A stretch of 63,811 nucleotides of DNA, filler included, from Octopus bimaculoides (Eukaryota): assembly GCF_001194135.2 (NCBI RefSeq). It is 8 parts of 8 records of this genome, joined end to end, with 100 filler letters (N's around TTAATTAATTAA, not from the genome) between each part and the next. Parts side by side here need not be neighbours in the genome. Positions count along the whole stretch, not along the records: positions 29,666 to 50,332 come from NC_068988.1; positions 50,433 to 52,000 come from NW_026329937.1; positions 52,101 to 58,510 come from NW_026437004.1; 5 more parts are not named here. One strand, given 5' to 3'. Shown one piece after another: positions 38,301-52,339 of this stretch (position 1 is its first letter; each line of letters starts with the position of its first letter). The position numbers and the translations under genes are program-made. Under the pieces are notes generated by a model that was given only the letters and a program-made list of their open reading frames with translations, searched no databases and was not told the DNA's origin.

Positions 38301-40242
38301 CTCTGTATGACTGTCCTCGGTGTTAAAACCTGCCAGATTGCCCTTCTAACATTCAGTTATATTCTGGACACGCATTTCGAGCTACCTATTTATTTGCTTG
38401 AACGAAACACACTGCATCGAAAACTTGTTGTAGGGTGGCAAAATAGGCATTGTTTACAGTCGAATTTAAACTTGACCGCAGATCTGCTCGCAGATATAGT
38501 AAATTGTGTTCTATTGTTGGACAAAACTACTTTAGAATCATCTTCTGCGATAATAATTTTCCGCAATATAATACGTTTCATTAATAACGGTTGATAATTT
38601 TTTGCTACATATAGTAGTTTCGTAAACAAATAGCAGAATGAATTTTATCATCAGATGGTCCGGTGTAATTGGCATACGCTCTTCAGCATCTTTTTGGCTA
38701 TTCACTATGTTTTTATATCTTTTATCATGTGCAGTTTGTAAATGACTGACATAATAGATGTAATTTTACTATCATATCCATACCATCTTGCATATTCGGT
38801 CAGTAACAGTATGTACAGACTGATCAATATCTATGATTCATTTTATTCATTTACCACGATATGTCTCCCAGCTGCATCAAATATCCTTTTTGTAGCATTT
38901 TCGATTGGAATAACTATCCTCAGAAAATATGACAGCAAAATTGATAAATTTCCTTCCTCTTTTATTTCATGACGCTTTAAACGAAGACTCTCATAGGTGT
39001 TTGACTTCGATATTTATTTTACCAGCCAATCATTATCGACGAATTATTTAATTCGAATAACATTCATATCTTCCTGCATATATGCTCACAAATTTCCTCA
39101 ACGATTTGATGTTTTCGAAACCAGAATAGAACAAGCTTTTTATGACATTTGTCAAAATTGTAATCATGCCCGATCGGCAGTCGTGATATGACATCAATAT
39201 TTTTATATTTCTTCGAGCTCTGTTCCGTATATCATGATATGAATAATATTACCAAGATTGCAGCAGTTCAGTCGTAAGTACCGGTATATTTTTATCGACT
39301 CAGAATACATTTACTAGCTTCTTACAGTCTGTGATTAATTCAAGATGTCGTTCATATAAGAAAAAATAGAACAACTGAAAATGACTGAAAATATTTTTAT
39401 ATATTTCAAAAATCGACGTTAAAGCGCAAGACAATGGACAATCAAATCCGTTTTCATACTGCAAGAGATACGCTCGAATGTCGGCGAGGACATGGTTCTA
39501 GTGTCAATTTAATGGCGACTATTTTATTGGTATTAAAAATGCTTCAGAAATTGATGGGGATGTCGCTATTGATTGTGTCATGTTTCTTAGAGGCAGATTC
39601 CGTGAAATCTATCGCATTTTAGTGACGTTAAAATGGACTTTTAATGGATATGTGGTAGTTATGTTTAAAGAGAATTGCTTTCTAAGTAAGGCGATGAGGT
39701 TTTGGTGTTAAGTATAGATATTAAATATGCAAACTGTGAATCATTCTCTATTGCTCTCGCTCTGAATGTTTTGTGACTTCGGATACCATTTATGTGAAAG
39801 GCTTTCTTTTATCAACACTTGAGACAGATAACCATTGTAATCAGGCACTGACCTAAGATTTTAAAGATTCTCTTTAGAACTCTATTCTGGACTGCGTAGG
39901 TGACATTTGATAAGAGTTGAAGTTTTCACAAACACGACGCTGGAGTTTTGGAATTTGGATAATTTGTAGGAATTAAACTCTGCTGAGCATTCTAATGGCA
40001 TCTGAGTTGTCAATTTAACCTACCAATATCGTTGGACGTTCTGGAGATTTGAATCATTTCATTGAGAACGATGTATACATTTTCGTTGGAGAAAGATGAT
40101 AATTCTAAGGCGAAGCTTTGGGTTTTGATTATGGAAAGGTATGTATAGTAGGCGCAAAACTATCTGTATAAGAATTTTACATCCCAACCACATAACTCTG
40201 GGTTCGTTCCCACCGCGTGGAACCTTGCGAGGGTAGGAGCCT

Positions 40243-40581
40243 ATGCTCCAGATGTTGAGGGAACTTGGCTACGAAGTTCTTCCCCACCCAGTTTATTTCC
40301 CAGGCCTTTCTCCTACCGACTATCACTTTTTCAAGCACCTGATGGTTTCCTGCAATAGAAGGAGTTGAAAAATGAAACCGATGTTGAAAGTGGGTTCCAA
40401 GATTTCATCAGCTCCAGGACTCCAGATTTTTATGTTAGCGGAATAAACAAATTTGTAACTCGTTTGAAAAATGTGTTCACTGTAATGGTACATCTTTTGA
40501 TGAATAAAATTTCCGCCTTGTTGAAACATATTATGATGAATTTCATGCTTCAAAACATTGCCTACTTTTTATTCAGCCTAA
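40243..40581 (+). mobile_element. Mariner (DD34D) transposase C-terminus with right TIR
   Basis: ELGYEVLPHPVYFPGLSPTDYHFFKHL (YSPDL-type motif)...FISSRTPDFYVSGINKFVTR...CVHCNG; ends TTTTATTCAGCCTAA|TA. Confidence 0.9.
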
Positions 40582-41535
40582 TATATATCATCGCCTCTGT
40601 GCAACGCAGTGATATCAAAGAAGAACATGTAGGATAAAATTTTCCAACAGCAATGGAAAAAATACAATTTTGAAAATATGAAATTATATGAAAGTGCCTA
40701 AAATCCATTTGCCGCTTCATTTACCCTCACCTGCCCAAATTCCTTTATGAATGCAACCAAACAATTATTACTACGTGCAAAGGTACAAAACCATGTCCAA
40801 GGCAGAAGAATGAACTTTAAAACCGATAACACAGGGATTTAAAAATCAAAAGACAGAGATTCGAAACATGCCACAATGCTACTCCATCATTTAACAATGT
40901 TTGCTCAACTAGCGCTTGGATAACAAGAACATCAGCAATTATAATGGTCGTAGTGAGAGTGAGCATGATTTACAAAAACAGTCTTTCTTTTGCGAATTCA
41001 AGAAACAATTTAAATCAGTGTTGAAATTCAAAACTAATTTAATTTTATTGTCATATTAACTATAATGGTGTAGTTTCATATTATATTAAAATGAAATTAA
41101 TTCAATTGATTACCATGCAGACTTTGTGATTTTATCAAAATGCGATTGTGACTTTCACGGTTATGAAAAATCTAAACTGATAACAGTAATGTTTTGTTTA
41201 GTGCTAAGAATGCTATTAATTTTGTGCTTACAAAACTTATAATTGGTGCTCTGAGGACACTAGACATATCAGTAATTCCCTTTATGTCATTTGAGTTTGA
41301 AGATTCTAATCTGGATAATGATTGATTCGCTGTCTTCGTATCTTGTCTCTTGGGTGCTACGCTTAAAAGAGAGAGATACATAGATTATAATATAATATAA
41401 TTTATATCTCATATTCACTGTAAGATTGAAGCTCATTTATAACATAATTGTATTTTTTTTTATTAAACACAAGAATTCTCACAGGATGTCGGTGCACAAA
41501 CATCAATAAACTTACGTGTACATGTGCACATATAT

Positions 41536-41573
<38 letters not shown>

Positions 41574-42324
41574 ACACACGAGAGAAATAAAGTAGGATCT
41601 TCATCGGTGAACACGATGAAGAGCCAGCCGTTGAATCAGGCAAGTTACCTCCTCCTTAAGAAGGAGTGTAAGTAGCAAAGAGCTTCACAAATATGTAATA
41701 CTGAAGTAGAGTCACAGTGACACAGCTCGTGACAATGCTGTATCATTGAAATACAGATATATGCCGACAAATGTCTGGACGTTACNNNNNNNNNNNNNNN
41801 NNNNNNNNNNNNNNNNNNNNNNNNNNNNNNNNNNNNNNNNNNNNNNNNNNNNNNNNNNNNNNNNNNNNNNNNNNNNNNNNNNNTATATATATATATATAT
41901 ATATTTGACAGGAAAGACAGCAAAAGAAAGAAAGCAAATACAGGAATTTATCTGTAAAAATATGTGACACTTATTCAGTAGCCATGATAAAACTCCGAGT
42001 TTCGGATGCCAGAGTGGGAGCCCACGCCAACATCTCTTCAATTATCCGGCCAATTGAAAATTCCTGTGAAAAATGACCGTTAAAAACAAAGGGAAATTTT
42101 CTCACCGTTGGTTAGCTCTACACCATCAAACCACACTACTTTGCATACCATACTTTTTACTCTCAAATTCCATTCCGATATTCTGACTATTCTGGTCGTA
42201 CCAAGGAGGTAAACCTCTTTGTAACAGTTCTACTGGGCACTCTATTCCAATTTCCTTTATACTCTCTTTGATGCTTTCTAATACTGTTTCTTATGACCCA
42301 GCAATAACTGGCAATATCTTCACC

Positions 42325-42450
42325 TTTTTCATTTGCCATATCTAGGCTACTGCCACGTGATGCATCTTTGTTTTGCAGTGCTTCTCCCCTGTTCGTCGAT
42401 TTTTGCGATGCCTGAAATGATGGAACAGCGTACGTCCTTGAAATTATTAT
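42325..42450 (+). mobile_element. Possible mariner 5' remnant
   Basis: ATGGAACAGCGTACGTCCTTGAAA (MEQRTSLK) resembles a mariner N-terminus; short and degraded. Confidence 0.35.
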
Positions 42451-42784
42451 TATTCACTTTTTTCATAATTTTCAACTACGGAGTTATTCATCATTATTTT
42501 ATTCACTGTATTGAATTTTAGAAAATTACGGAATGTATTGAACATATTTTGTACGTGACTTTCATCCCAATTTCTATATACAGGCGCTCGACAGAATGTT
42601 CATTTGTGAGTGCAATAAGGTCTTTCCCGGATGTACCGTTGCGGATAAGTATCTAAATGCATTTCGAACATCCAGTGTTGTGGTCTCAGACAAAAAAAAA
42701 AACGGTGAAACGTGCATAGGGAACAAATTATATAAATTTATATTATAATGATTTCACTCATATATGGGAACGGGGCACGTGTGC

Positions 42785-42845
<61 letters not shown>

Positions 42846-43474
42846 TTTGAAAGTGTGTCTGTGTACTATATCAAAAACTAACCATCTCTTCTCGGTTTGC
42901 CTTTAGCAAAACAATTATTTATATCCATCCACCTTTAGTTTACCAACATTACCAGTGGAGTATATAGGTAAGATGTTGAGGTAGTTATTTTATTCTATTA
43001 TTTAGAACAACAGTGGTAGGTATTACATCGCTGTATCTCACAGGGATTTATCTATTTCAGCAGTTATATTAATGCAATGTTATTTATATAAAAATTATTA
43101 CGTTTTTAAGCAATCCCTTAACATTTAAATCTATATACGCACGACATAACCAGATCAATATCTCAGAATTTCATTTCTATCTAATATATTTTCATACAAT
43201 AGGAAATATTCATTGTATATTCATAAATTTTTAATGTATTTTTCATAACAATAGAACAACAGAGCACAAATCAAATCTCTTTGGGTGATTATGCTGATAT
43301 TTCAACAGAAATCAACGAATTTAAAGCACATAGCTACCCACAGGATCACTCCTGTCATTAAAAGCAGCTACATCTATCGCTACCACTCATATGAGGGTTA
43401 CATTTATACCTCGGAGGCTTTCTCCATAACACTTGGAAAACGATTGCTATATACAGTTATATATATTTATCGGT

Positions 43475-43760
43475 CAAAATGACCAAACCACAACTTTTCA
43501 CTTAAACACAAAGATGAAAGCGGGCAAATGGACAAGACTCCTAAAACCAATAACGAAAATAATGGAAAATTGAAGGTCAGACATACCCGTATCACCATGA
43601 TTTCGGACTTTGTGTTCATCTGCAGTGAGTCTTCCTGACCCCAGGGTTATGCACATTATTAATCTCACCAATGTGTACGATGACCGTTTTTAATGCCGCA
43701 GCAAATTTTTAAAATGTGATCGAAATGAATAAAAAAATAATTTAGATATAATAGTATCAG
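43475..43760 (-). mobile_element. TA-embedded Penelope-like terminal fragment
   Basis: Minus strand CAGATGA-ACACAAAGTCC-GAAA at 43622-43601 is a decayed hammerhead-like motif; (TA)n flanks. Confidence 0.4.
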
Positions 43761-45078
43761 TGGCTTAGCATGCCAGTACTACTTATTATATATATACATA
43801 TATATACATACATATATATATATATATATATACATACATATATATATATATANNNNNNNNNNNNNNNNNNNNNNNNNNNNNNNNNNNNNNNNNNNNNNNN
43901 NNNNNNNNNNNNNNNNNNNNNNNNNNNNNNNNNNNNNNNNNNNNNNNNNNNNNNNNNNNNNNNNNNNNNNNNNNNNNNNNNNNNNNNNNNNNNNNNNNNN
44001 NNNNNNNNNNNNNNNNNNNNNNNNNNNNNNNNNNNNNNNNNNNNNNNNNNNNNNNNNNNNNNNNNNNNNNNNNNNNNNNNNNNNNNNNNNNNNNNNNNNN
44101 NNNNNNNNNNNNNNNNNNNNNNNNNNNNNNNNNNNNNNNNNNNNNNNNNNNNNNNNNNNNNNNNNNNNNNNNNNNNNNNNNNNNNNNNNNNNNNNNNNNN
44201 NNNNNNNNNNNNNNNNNNNNNNNNNNNNNNNNNNNNNNNNNNNNNNNNNNNNNNNNNNNNNNNNNNNNNNNNNNNNNNNNNNNNNNNNNNNNNNNNNNNN
44301 NNNNNNNNNNNNNNNNNNNNNNNNNNNNNNNNNNNNNNNNNNNNNNNNNNNNNNNNNNNNNNNNNNNNNNNNNNNNNNNNNNNNNNNNNNNNNNNNNNNN
44401 NNNNNNNNNNNNNNNNNNNNNNNNNNNNNNNNNNNNNNNNNNNNNNNNNNNNNNNNNNNNNNNNNNNNNNNNNNNNNNNNNNNNNNNNNNNNNNNNNNNN
44501 NNNNNNNNNNNNNNNNNNNNNNNNNNNNNNNNNNNNNNNNNNNNNNNNNNNNNNNNNNNNNNNNNNNNNNNNNNNNNNNNNNNNNNNNNNNNNNNNNNNN
44601 NNNNNNNNNNNNNNNNNNNNNNNNNNNNNNNNNNNNNNNNNNNNNNNNNNNNNNNNNNNNNNNNNNNNNNNNNNNNNNNNNNNNNNNNNNNNNNNNNNNN
44701 NNNNNNNNNNNNNNNNNNNNNNNNNNNNNNNNNNNNNNNNNNNNNNNNNNNNNNNNNNNNNNNNNNNNNNNNNNNNNNNNNNNNNNNNNNNNNNNNNNTA
44801 TATATGCATATACGTGTACCTATTTGTGTCTGTCTATATTTGTATGTATTTCTGTTATTTATACATTAATTCTTGTCTGTAAGCATGTGTGAATATGCTC
44901 ATACACTACAATGCTCCATGCAGAGTCATGTGCTAGAATAATAAGCAAGAACCAATCACTTGAGCACAGCATATATCTACTTGAAACTTTCTTAACAGTC
45001 GTCGGCTGGGTATATTTTTTTTATATTTATAAATGCTTTTATAACTAGGAATATTTCAAGTTATTGGTTATGTGTCGC

Positions 45079-45079
<1 letters not shown>

Positions 45080-45109
<30 letters not shown>

Positions 45110-45478
45110 ACGAAGAAGAAGAAGAAGTAGAAGAAGAAAAAGAAGAAGGAGAAGAATAACAGCAACAACAACACCAAGATGACNNNNNNNNNNNNNNNNN
45201 NNNNNNNNNNNNNNNNNNNNNNNNNNNNNNNNNNNNNNNNNNNNNNNNNNNNNNNNNNNNNNNNNGGAGGGGGGGAGGGGGAGGAGGAGGAGGAAGAAGA
45301 AGATGCGGAGGAGGAGGAAGATGCGGAGGAGGAAGATGCGGAGGAGGAGGAAAAAGAAGCGATGGAGAATGAGGATGGAAGTAGGTGGAGATGGTAATAC
45401 TAATAAGAGTTGATGGTGTGGATGATGATGGAGATGTTGATTTGGGTGAAGAAGAAGAAGAAGAAGAAGAAGAAGAAG

Positions 45479-45527
<49 letters not shown>

Positions 45528-45720
45528 GCAACAGCAACAACTGGATGATTAGTATGATGATGATGATGTCGAATGACGATGTGAAAATAATGATGAAGAC
45601 GAACAAGAAGTAAAGTATGATACTAGTGATGATGACGATGATGATGAAGACGGGTGGTAATGATGATGGTGATGATGATGATGAGCGTGAAGGTGGTCAT
45701 GATCATGGTGGTCATGATGT
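45080..45720. repeat. Compound trinucleotide microsatellite (GAA/GGA/AAC/GAT)
   Basis: Directly visible runs. Confidence 0.95.
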
Positions 45721-46019
45721 ATTTTACATATCATAGTAAGGGAGCATATAATAGATTTGGCGCAGATCGGTTCCAACCGTTTACAAACATGATGCCGTGC
45801 AAAAGCAGACCTGTTGTTAGCAACAGCGTCAAAGCAATGGAAACAGAGACGAGAGAACTTCACTTAATCCAACGCTCTCAACAAGGACAGATGAAGAAAA
45901 GGGAAGAACACGTTGTTCAGAGAAAAATAAGTTGCAATGAGATATGGAAGTGGACTACGTCACGTCTAAGTTTTCTGATTCGTTCATCCTACGATGTCTT
46001 GCCATCGCCTACAAATCTA

Positions 46020-46175
46020 GCAGAGAGAATCGTTCGCACACTGAGCAACATGCTTAGCGGCACTTTGTCTGTCTTTATGTTCTGAATTAAAATTCCGCCG
46101 AGGAAGATTTTGCTTTTCATTCTTTCGAGGGTGATAAAATAAATACCAGTTGAATACTGGGTCGATACAATCGAC
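46020..46175 (+). mobile_element. Degraded OR-like SINE
   Basis: ATGCTTAGCGGCA...AATTCCGCCGAGG...TTTTCATTCTTTCG...AAATACCAGTTG. Confidence 0.65.
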
Positions 46176-49100
46176 ATATCTCCTTCCCCAAAATCGTTGG
46201 TTTTGTACCAAAGTTTGAATTCACTATATTTGTTTGTGCATGTATTTCTCTGTATGAACATATTATTTTATATTGATACGTAATGTGTAATTTCTATAGT
46301 AATCAATTCAAATATAATTACAATATTTTCAAATATATTAGGATTTCTTTAGAAAGTTGTCTTATAAACAGTTTCAGTTCGCTTAATTTAGTTAAAGAGT
46401 TTGAATATTGAAAGAGTTTCTTTTATTTAGAATTTTAAATAAAACAAACTAATCTACATTTTGCATTGGAATATATATCTTTTCTTATATTCACGAACAA
46501 GTAAAATGCCGAAATTTAAAGTATAAGTTCCGAAACAGACCACACTCTCCACCATCTCGGCAAAATTTATAGTTACCATTCGACATTTTTTAGTACTCTA
46601 TAAAGACCTTCACAAAATTAATATTTCGCTAAGAAAAATATTATTCACTTTTGTATAGATATGACATTTTGTACAGACTCAAAATAAATAATAAAATATT
46701 AATGTAAATCTCTCTGCCATTCTAGGAAACAGATATATCACTGTTGTAATATATACTAGTAAATAGATTGTAGCACTATTTTGAAATTACACTTTTTCTT
46801 TTAATGTATTACAGTGGTGTGTTTAGTTTGTAAGTTTGTAATCACGCAGATACGCACATACATTCACATGATAGATATGAGGAGGCGTATATATAGAAGT
46901 ATGTATACGTGTGCATATTAAAGTATAAATAAATATCAGCCATCAATCATGCATTTAGTTACAATTCATGTTTATATTTGAAAAAGAAAAGCTACAGTTG
47001 TATACAATATATTATGCTATTCATGAAATAATATATTTCCTTCATTCCAATTATGATTTACATGCTACAAATATACATGAATGGTATTATATAGCATATA
47101 TAGATTAAACGGACAGAATTAACTACACACACATGTCTATGTGTGTGCATGTGTGAGTGTGTATGTCTATGTATGTGTGGCTGAGTGTGTGTGTGTGTGT
47201 GTGTGTCTGTGTATTTCACACTAAATTGCGACAGTACTAAAATAAGAATTTGAAGCCTAAATATATAAGCATGTTTAAGTAAAATAATAGGACTTCAAAC
47301 CCTCGGCACTTGGCACATTACGATAGTGTAGCCAAGCATGTAAAACGAATTCCTTTTTATTTATTTTTTTTTTTGTGAATGTTTCATTAACTCATCAGCG
47401 CAAAGTCAATAAAACCCTTATTAAACATCTGTTGCTGCTACAAATTCGAACATATCAAAAGACATAAACCCGGCTTATTTGCACCCAGAGATATACTTCC
47501 CTCTAACTCTATCTTTTTGTCGTTTTAGAGATTTAAATGGCAAACATTGCGAAACCGCTCTACCTCTGTAAGATCTGTAATCATATCCTGCTGATTTCAG
47601 TTTTGCATTTTCTTTTTTATGCCTCAAAATGTAAATTGCCTGTCCAATGCTTGTATCCCTCTCTCACTCTCTTTGTCACATGTTGCCTGTTCTCTTAAGC
47701 GAAGGTTTGAGGAGCCGAAAAGTATTATATACATACCCGCGTTTGCAAGTGTAATCAATATACCTATGTACGATACAAATGTATTCTCTGTGTAAAACGA
47801 AGAACTCTTGATAAACACATTTATCATTCTCCTAAAATCAGAATATTCTACAAGCAATATGCGTATGGAGGTTGCAGATATCTGTGCTTTTTGTGAATAT
47901 TCACTTCTACTTTCTGTGATTCGAACTGATATTTAAATTAATTCCTGTGGAAGTTTAATTCCATTCTCAATAAACAATATGAGTATCGTTGTAGTTATGA
48001 TTTCAGTTATGCCGAAAATCAATTTTCCAAAAAATTAACAGCGTGTTGAATAAAATTCATTTATATTAAATGATTGTTATATGACTGTATTGACAGTATG
48101 AATCATTTGAAATCGTATATTTTATCTCTTGCACCTTGCTACACACTCATTTCCTTTAACCAATCCCATTAACATTCTAATAAACTACTGACGTATAATG
48201 ATTAAATGTATTTTCATTAAAATTTGACTTTTATAAGCTATAAAATTTCACAGAATAATTATTATCACACTATAATCAATAATGCCTTTAAAATATTTAT
48301 CTTTGCCATCATTTCAATACCAAATCCTTTCGGGATTATTCTAAGTATTTCTTACTTTTAAATTAGATATATCTTCGCGAGATTTACGAGCGAGGCTTAT
48401 ATTTCAAGTTATGAAAAATCAATTTACAACATTGTATTTTAAATAACATATGAAACATTTCCTCATGAGCAAATAACATTGCAAAAATTGATTAAACTTT
48501 TTTTGATCGTATAATTATTTATTTAGAAATGCAAAAATTTATTCAATTAGCTCTAAATCTGTTTAGCTTAGATACAAGGCAGAGTATGAACAAATTATTA
48601 GTTGAACTGCATTAAGTACAAAATTTATTTAATAGATGTAAATTCATGCTTCATATATTTCAAATATTATTTCGTTTTGAGCTCCTTTTATAATCAATCG
48701 TCTTTGTGTATTTCTAACTATATGTCCACCAGTGATTAGTGAGAAAAAAACAAATGACAAAATATTTAGCAACAGATCAGAAAACGAGAAATAGATAATT
48801 ACTTGTATATTGTCTTCATAAAAAGGGAAGCACACAAATAGCTTTCTGTTACTGTATTTACACATTATAAATCTGACACAATATACTGTATAACATTTTA
48901 TGGCAAACTGCTATGAATTTGAGAAAATGGCGGTGTATAAACAATAGAATTGCGTAAGAAAATCCTCAAACGTATCTGATAGAGGAAACGGAAGAGTAGG
49001 CATTAAAACATTTAATTATATTTAGATGCTGGCTAGAATATGTCTGATTCTCTTGTAAATCGCATAACATTAATCATTATATAAATGAACTTCAGCACTT

Positions 49101-50020
49101 AAATTTAATATTAAAGAGAATAGCAGTACCAGTAGGTGGTATATTTCCCGAAGATGATACAACGCACACTACTATCAATAATTTCAAAGGGATAGCAAAT
49201 GTCACACTCTGTCTGGCACCAGAATTTATGGGTGTCCATTAACAAACATTATGGGAAAATCATCTCTAGATTATCACACCAGCTTCCACACAATTAATCA
49301 CTGGATAGCATCACGTGTTGTATAATCATCCATAAATTTCAAGCTAGGTATATCGGAAATCATGTTTCACATTTGGTCGTTTGGCCGTTATTTCAAGGTT
49401 TTTGATCTGCTGAGTTCCTGCAACTTGGCTACGCAAACATATATTTATTAATTATTGAAGAATTAGTCCCAAATCTACAATCAGGATGGGGATAGCTAAA
49501 TGAAAGGTAGGATAACGATAATTAGAATTGTAATTCGTAGGTTGTCTAATATTCAGATATATTTACGTATACACATTTTAAGTAAGCAGATAATTTATCT
49601 ATGTCAGTTGTAAGACTTTGATTAATTTCACATAATAAGCAGGTTCAGTATAGAAATATGTTTCAGCTAAGCACAAAATTACGCTTGAGGTGTATGGAAC
49701 TTTCTTCTTGTCTCCGAACGCTAGTTGAAAATATTTAATTAAAATTAACGTTTAATATAATTAAGAACGTAATCGTGTTTGCAGACTTCTATTTCATAAA
49801 CGCTTGTAACCTAGCTGCTATGTAAGAATTGCAAACATAATTAAATTAATGATAATTCATTTCGAATTGCCATTGCATTCCAATTTCTAACACGTGTTAC
49901 AACTTTATGGATATAATAATTACAATACTGACAAGTGATGGTTTGTACAAAAGCAAATTTCTAAATTACAATTTAGTTTGAAAAAAAGATGAAAATCCTT
50001 AATTGTATACCACCAAATAT

Positions 50021-50055
<35 letters not shown>

Positions 50056-50097
50056 TGATGATGATGATGATGATGATGATAATAATATAATAATATA

Positions 50098-50332
50098 ATA
50101 AAAAAATATTCAGACAAATACATAACAAAAACACCAGGACTTACAAATATATATAACATACAGAAAATTGCACTACTGGGTACTTCACACATTCTACGAA
50201 AAACACTTTCAATACAGTAAACATAAGAGCACCACAGCAAACCACAGCACATACCCAAGGCGCACAGAGCTGCGCTCGGTAGTGAAGTGAAAGCACGTTA
50301 TAAAAATAAAACTACTGAACAATAATAATTAA
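50098..50332 (+). mobile_element. 3' end of an RLE-type (R4/Dong/NeSL-like) non-LTR retrotransposon in (TAA)n
   Basis: Frame ...TPGLTNIYNIQKIALLGTSHILRKTLSIQ* (stop 50218-50220), resembling the QK.ALLGT..ILRK C-terminus of these clades; (TAA)n on both sides. Confidence 0.7.
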
Positions 50333-50432
50333 NNNNNNNNNNNNNNNNNNNNNNNNNNNNNNNNNNNNNNNNNNNNTTAATTAATTAANNNNNNNNNNNN
50401 NNNNNNNNNNNNNNNNNNNNNNNNNNNNNNNN
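50333..50432. other. Artificial scaffold linker
   Basis: N44-TTAATTAATTAA(50377-50388)-N44. Confidence 0.97.
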
Positions 50433-52000
50433 TAAAGAAAAAACGAACGTAAATACGTACGAACGAACGAGCGAACTTACGTACGCACGAACAATCGTAC
50501 GTAAGTATGTACGTACGGAGGTGCAAACGAACGATCGAACGAACGAACGGACGTACGAACGAACAAATTAACGAAAGAACGAAAGAACTAACGAAGCTAC
50601 GTACATACATACGTACGTACGTACGAACAACCAAACGAACGTACGTACGACATGCGTATGTACATACGTACCTGCGTAGCAACGTGTGTACGTACGTACA
50701 TGCGTATGTACGAAATAACGAACGAGCGTACGTACGTAGATAAGTACGTTTGAACGAACGAACAATCGTACGTAAGTACGTACCTAAGTACGTACGCACA
50801 AATGAACAAACGAACGTACATACATTCGTACCTACGATCGAACGAACGAACAAACGAAAGAATGAACCAACGAATGAACAAACGAACGTACGTACGTACA
50901 TACGTACTTTCGTTCGTTAAAATTCGTGCGTACGTACTTAGGTAGGTACTTACGTACGATCGTTCGTTCGTTCGGACGTACTTACGTACTTTCGTTCCTT
51001 CTTTTGTTCCTTCGAACGTACGTAAGTACGAACGAACAAACGTAATTACGTACGTACGTACGAACGAACGAACGATCGAACGAAAGAACGAACTAACGAA
51101 GGAACGAAAGAACTAACGAAGGTACGTACTTACGTACGTACGAACGACCGAACTAACGAATGTACGTACGTACGACGTGCCTACGTACGTACGTGCGACG
51201 TGCGTACATACGTACGTACCAGCGTACCAACGTGTGTACCTACGTACATGCGTACGTACAAAATAACGAACGAACGTACGTACGTAGATAAGTACGTACG
51301 AACGAATGAACACACGAACGTACATACGTACGTACCTACGAACGAACGAACGAAAGAATGAACGAACGAATGAACAATCGTACGTACTAACGAATGAACG
51401 AACGAAAGTACGTACGTACGAACGAACGAAAGAATTAAGGCACAAACATACGTACGAACGAATGGACGAACTAACGAACGTACGTACGCACGAACAATCG
51501 TACGTACGGACGTACAAACCAACGATCGAACGAACGGACGTACGAACGAACAAATTAACGAAGAACGAGAGAACTAACGAAGCTACTTACATACATACGT
51601 ACGTACGTACAAACGACCAAACGAACGTACGTACGTACGACATGCGTACGTACATACGTACCTGCGTACCAACGTGTGTACGTACGTACATGCGTACGTA
51701 CGAAATAACGAACGAACGTACGTACGTAGATAAGTACGTATGAACAACCGTACGTAAGTACGTACGCACGAATGAATAAACGAACGTACATACGTACCTA
51801 CGAACGAACAAACGAACGAACTAACGAAAGAATGAACCAACGAATGAACAAACGAACGTACGTACGTACATACGTACTTTCGTTCGTTAATTCGTGCGTA
51901 CGTACTTAGGTAGGTACTTAAGTACGATCGTTCGTTCGTTCGGACGTACTTACGTACTTTCGTTCCTTCTTTTGTTCCTTCGAACGTATGTAAGTACGAA
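50433..52000. repeat. CpG-rich (TACG/AACG)n-derived satellite with ~970-bp higher-order period
   Basis: The whole scaffold is built from ACGT/ACGA tetramers; CTTTTGTTCCTTCGAACG recurs at 51001 and 51969. Confidence 0.9.
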
Positions 52001-52100
52001 NNNNNNNNNNNNNNNNNNNNNNNNNNNNNNNNNNNNNNNNNNNNTTAATTAATTAANNNNNNNNNNNNNNNNNNNNNNNNNNNNNNNNNNNNNNNNNNNN
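52001..52100. other. Artificial scaffold linker
   Basis: N44-TTAATTAATTAA(52045-52056)-N44. Confidence 0.97.
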
Positions 52101-52339
52101 GGGGGGGGGGGATAGAGGAATGAACGAAGAGACGAATATATGAATGGAAGAATGCATGAATGGATCGCAGTGGCGACAGACATCGGATGGCTTGCACGAC
52201 GTAGTGGACAGAGGAGGTAGTGGCAGTTAAGGAAGTGGGAGTGAGAGTAAAGGGGATGGGAAGAGGAGACGACGTAGGAGGTAAGTAAACAGAGGGAGGA
52301 CGGCAGAAGGGTTGAGAGAAGGGGAGGGCTTATTTTTTT

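Noticed and set aside
38300-39300. Apparent decayed long minus-strand frame
   Set aside because: Stop density is about what AT-rich random sequence gives; no motif recognised.
41598-41622. Perfect 9-bp hairpin TCTTCATCG/CGATGAAGA
   Set aside because: Isolated; no ribozyme core or Helitron end nearby.
45179-45863. Poly-E/K/N/H ORFs
   Set aside because: Trinucleotide microsatellites read in different frames.
50433-52000. CRISPR-like array or repetitive protein (RTYV/NERT ORFs)
   Set aside because: No constant repeat with unique spacers; open frames arise because the tetramer alphabet lacks stops.
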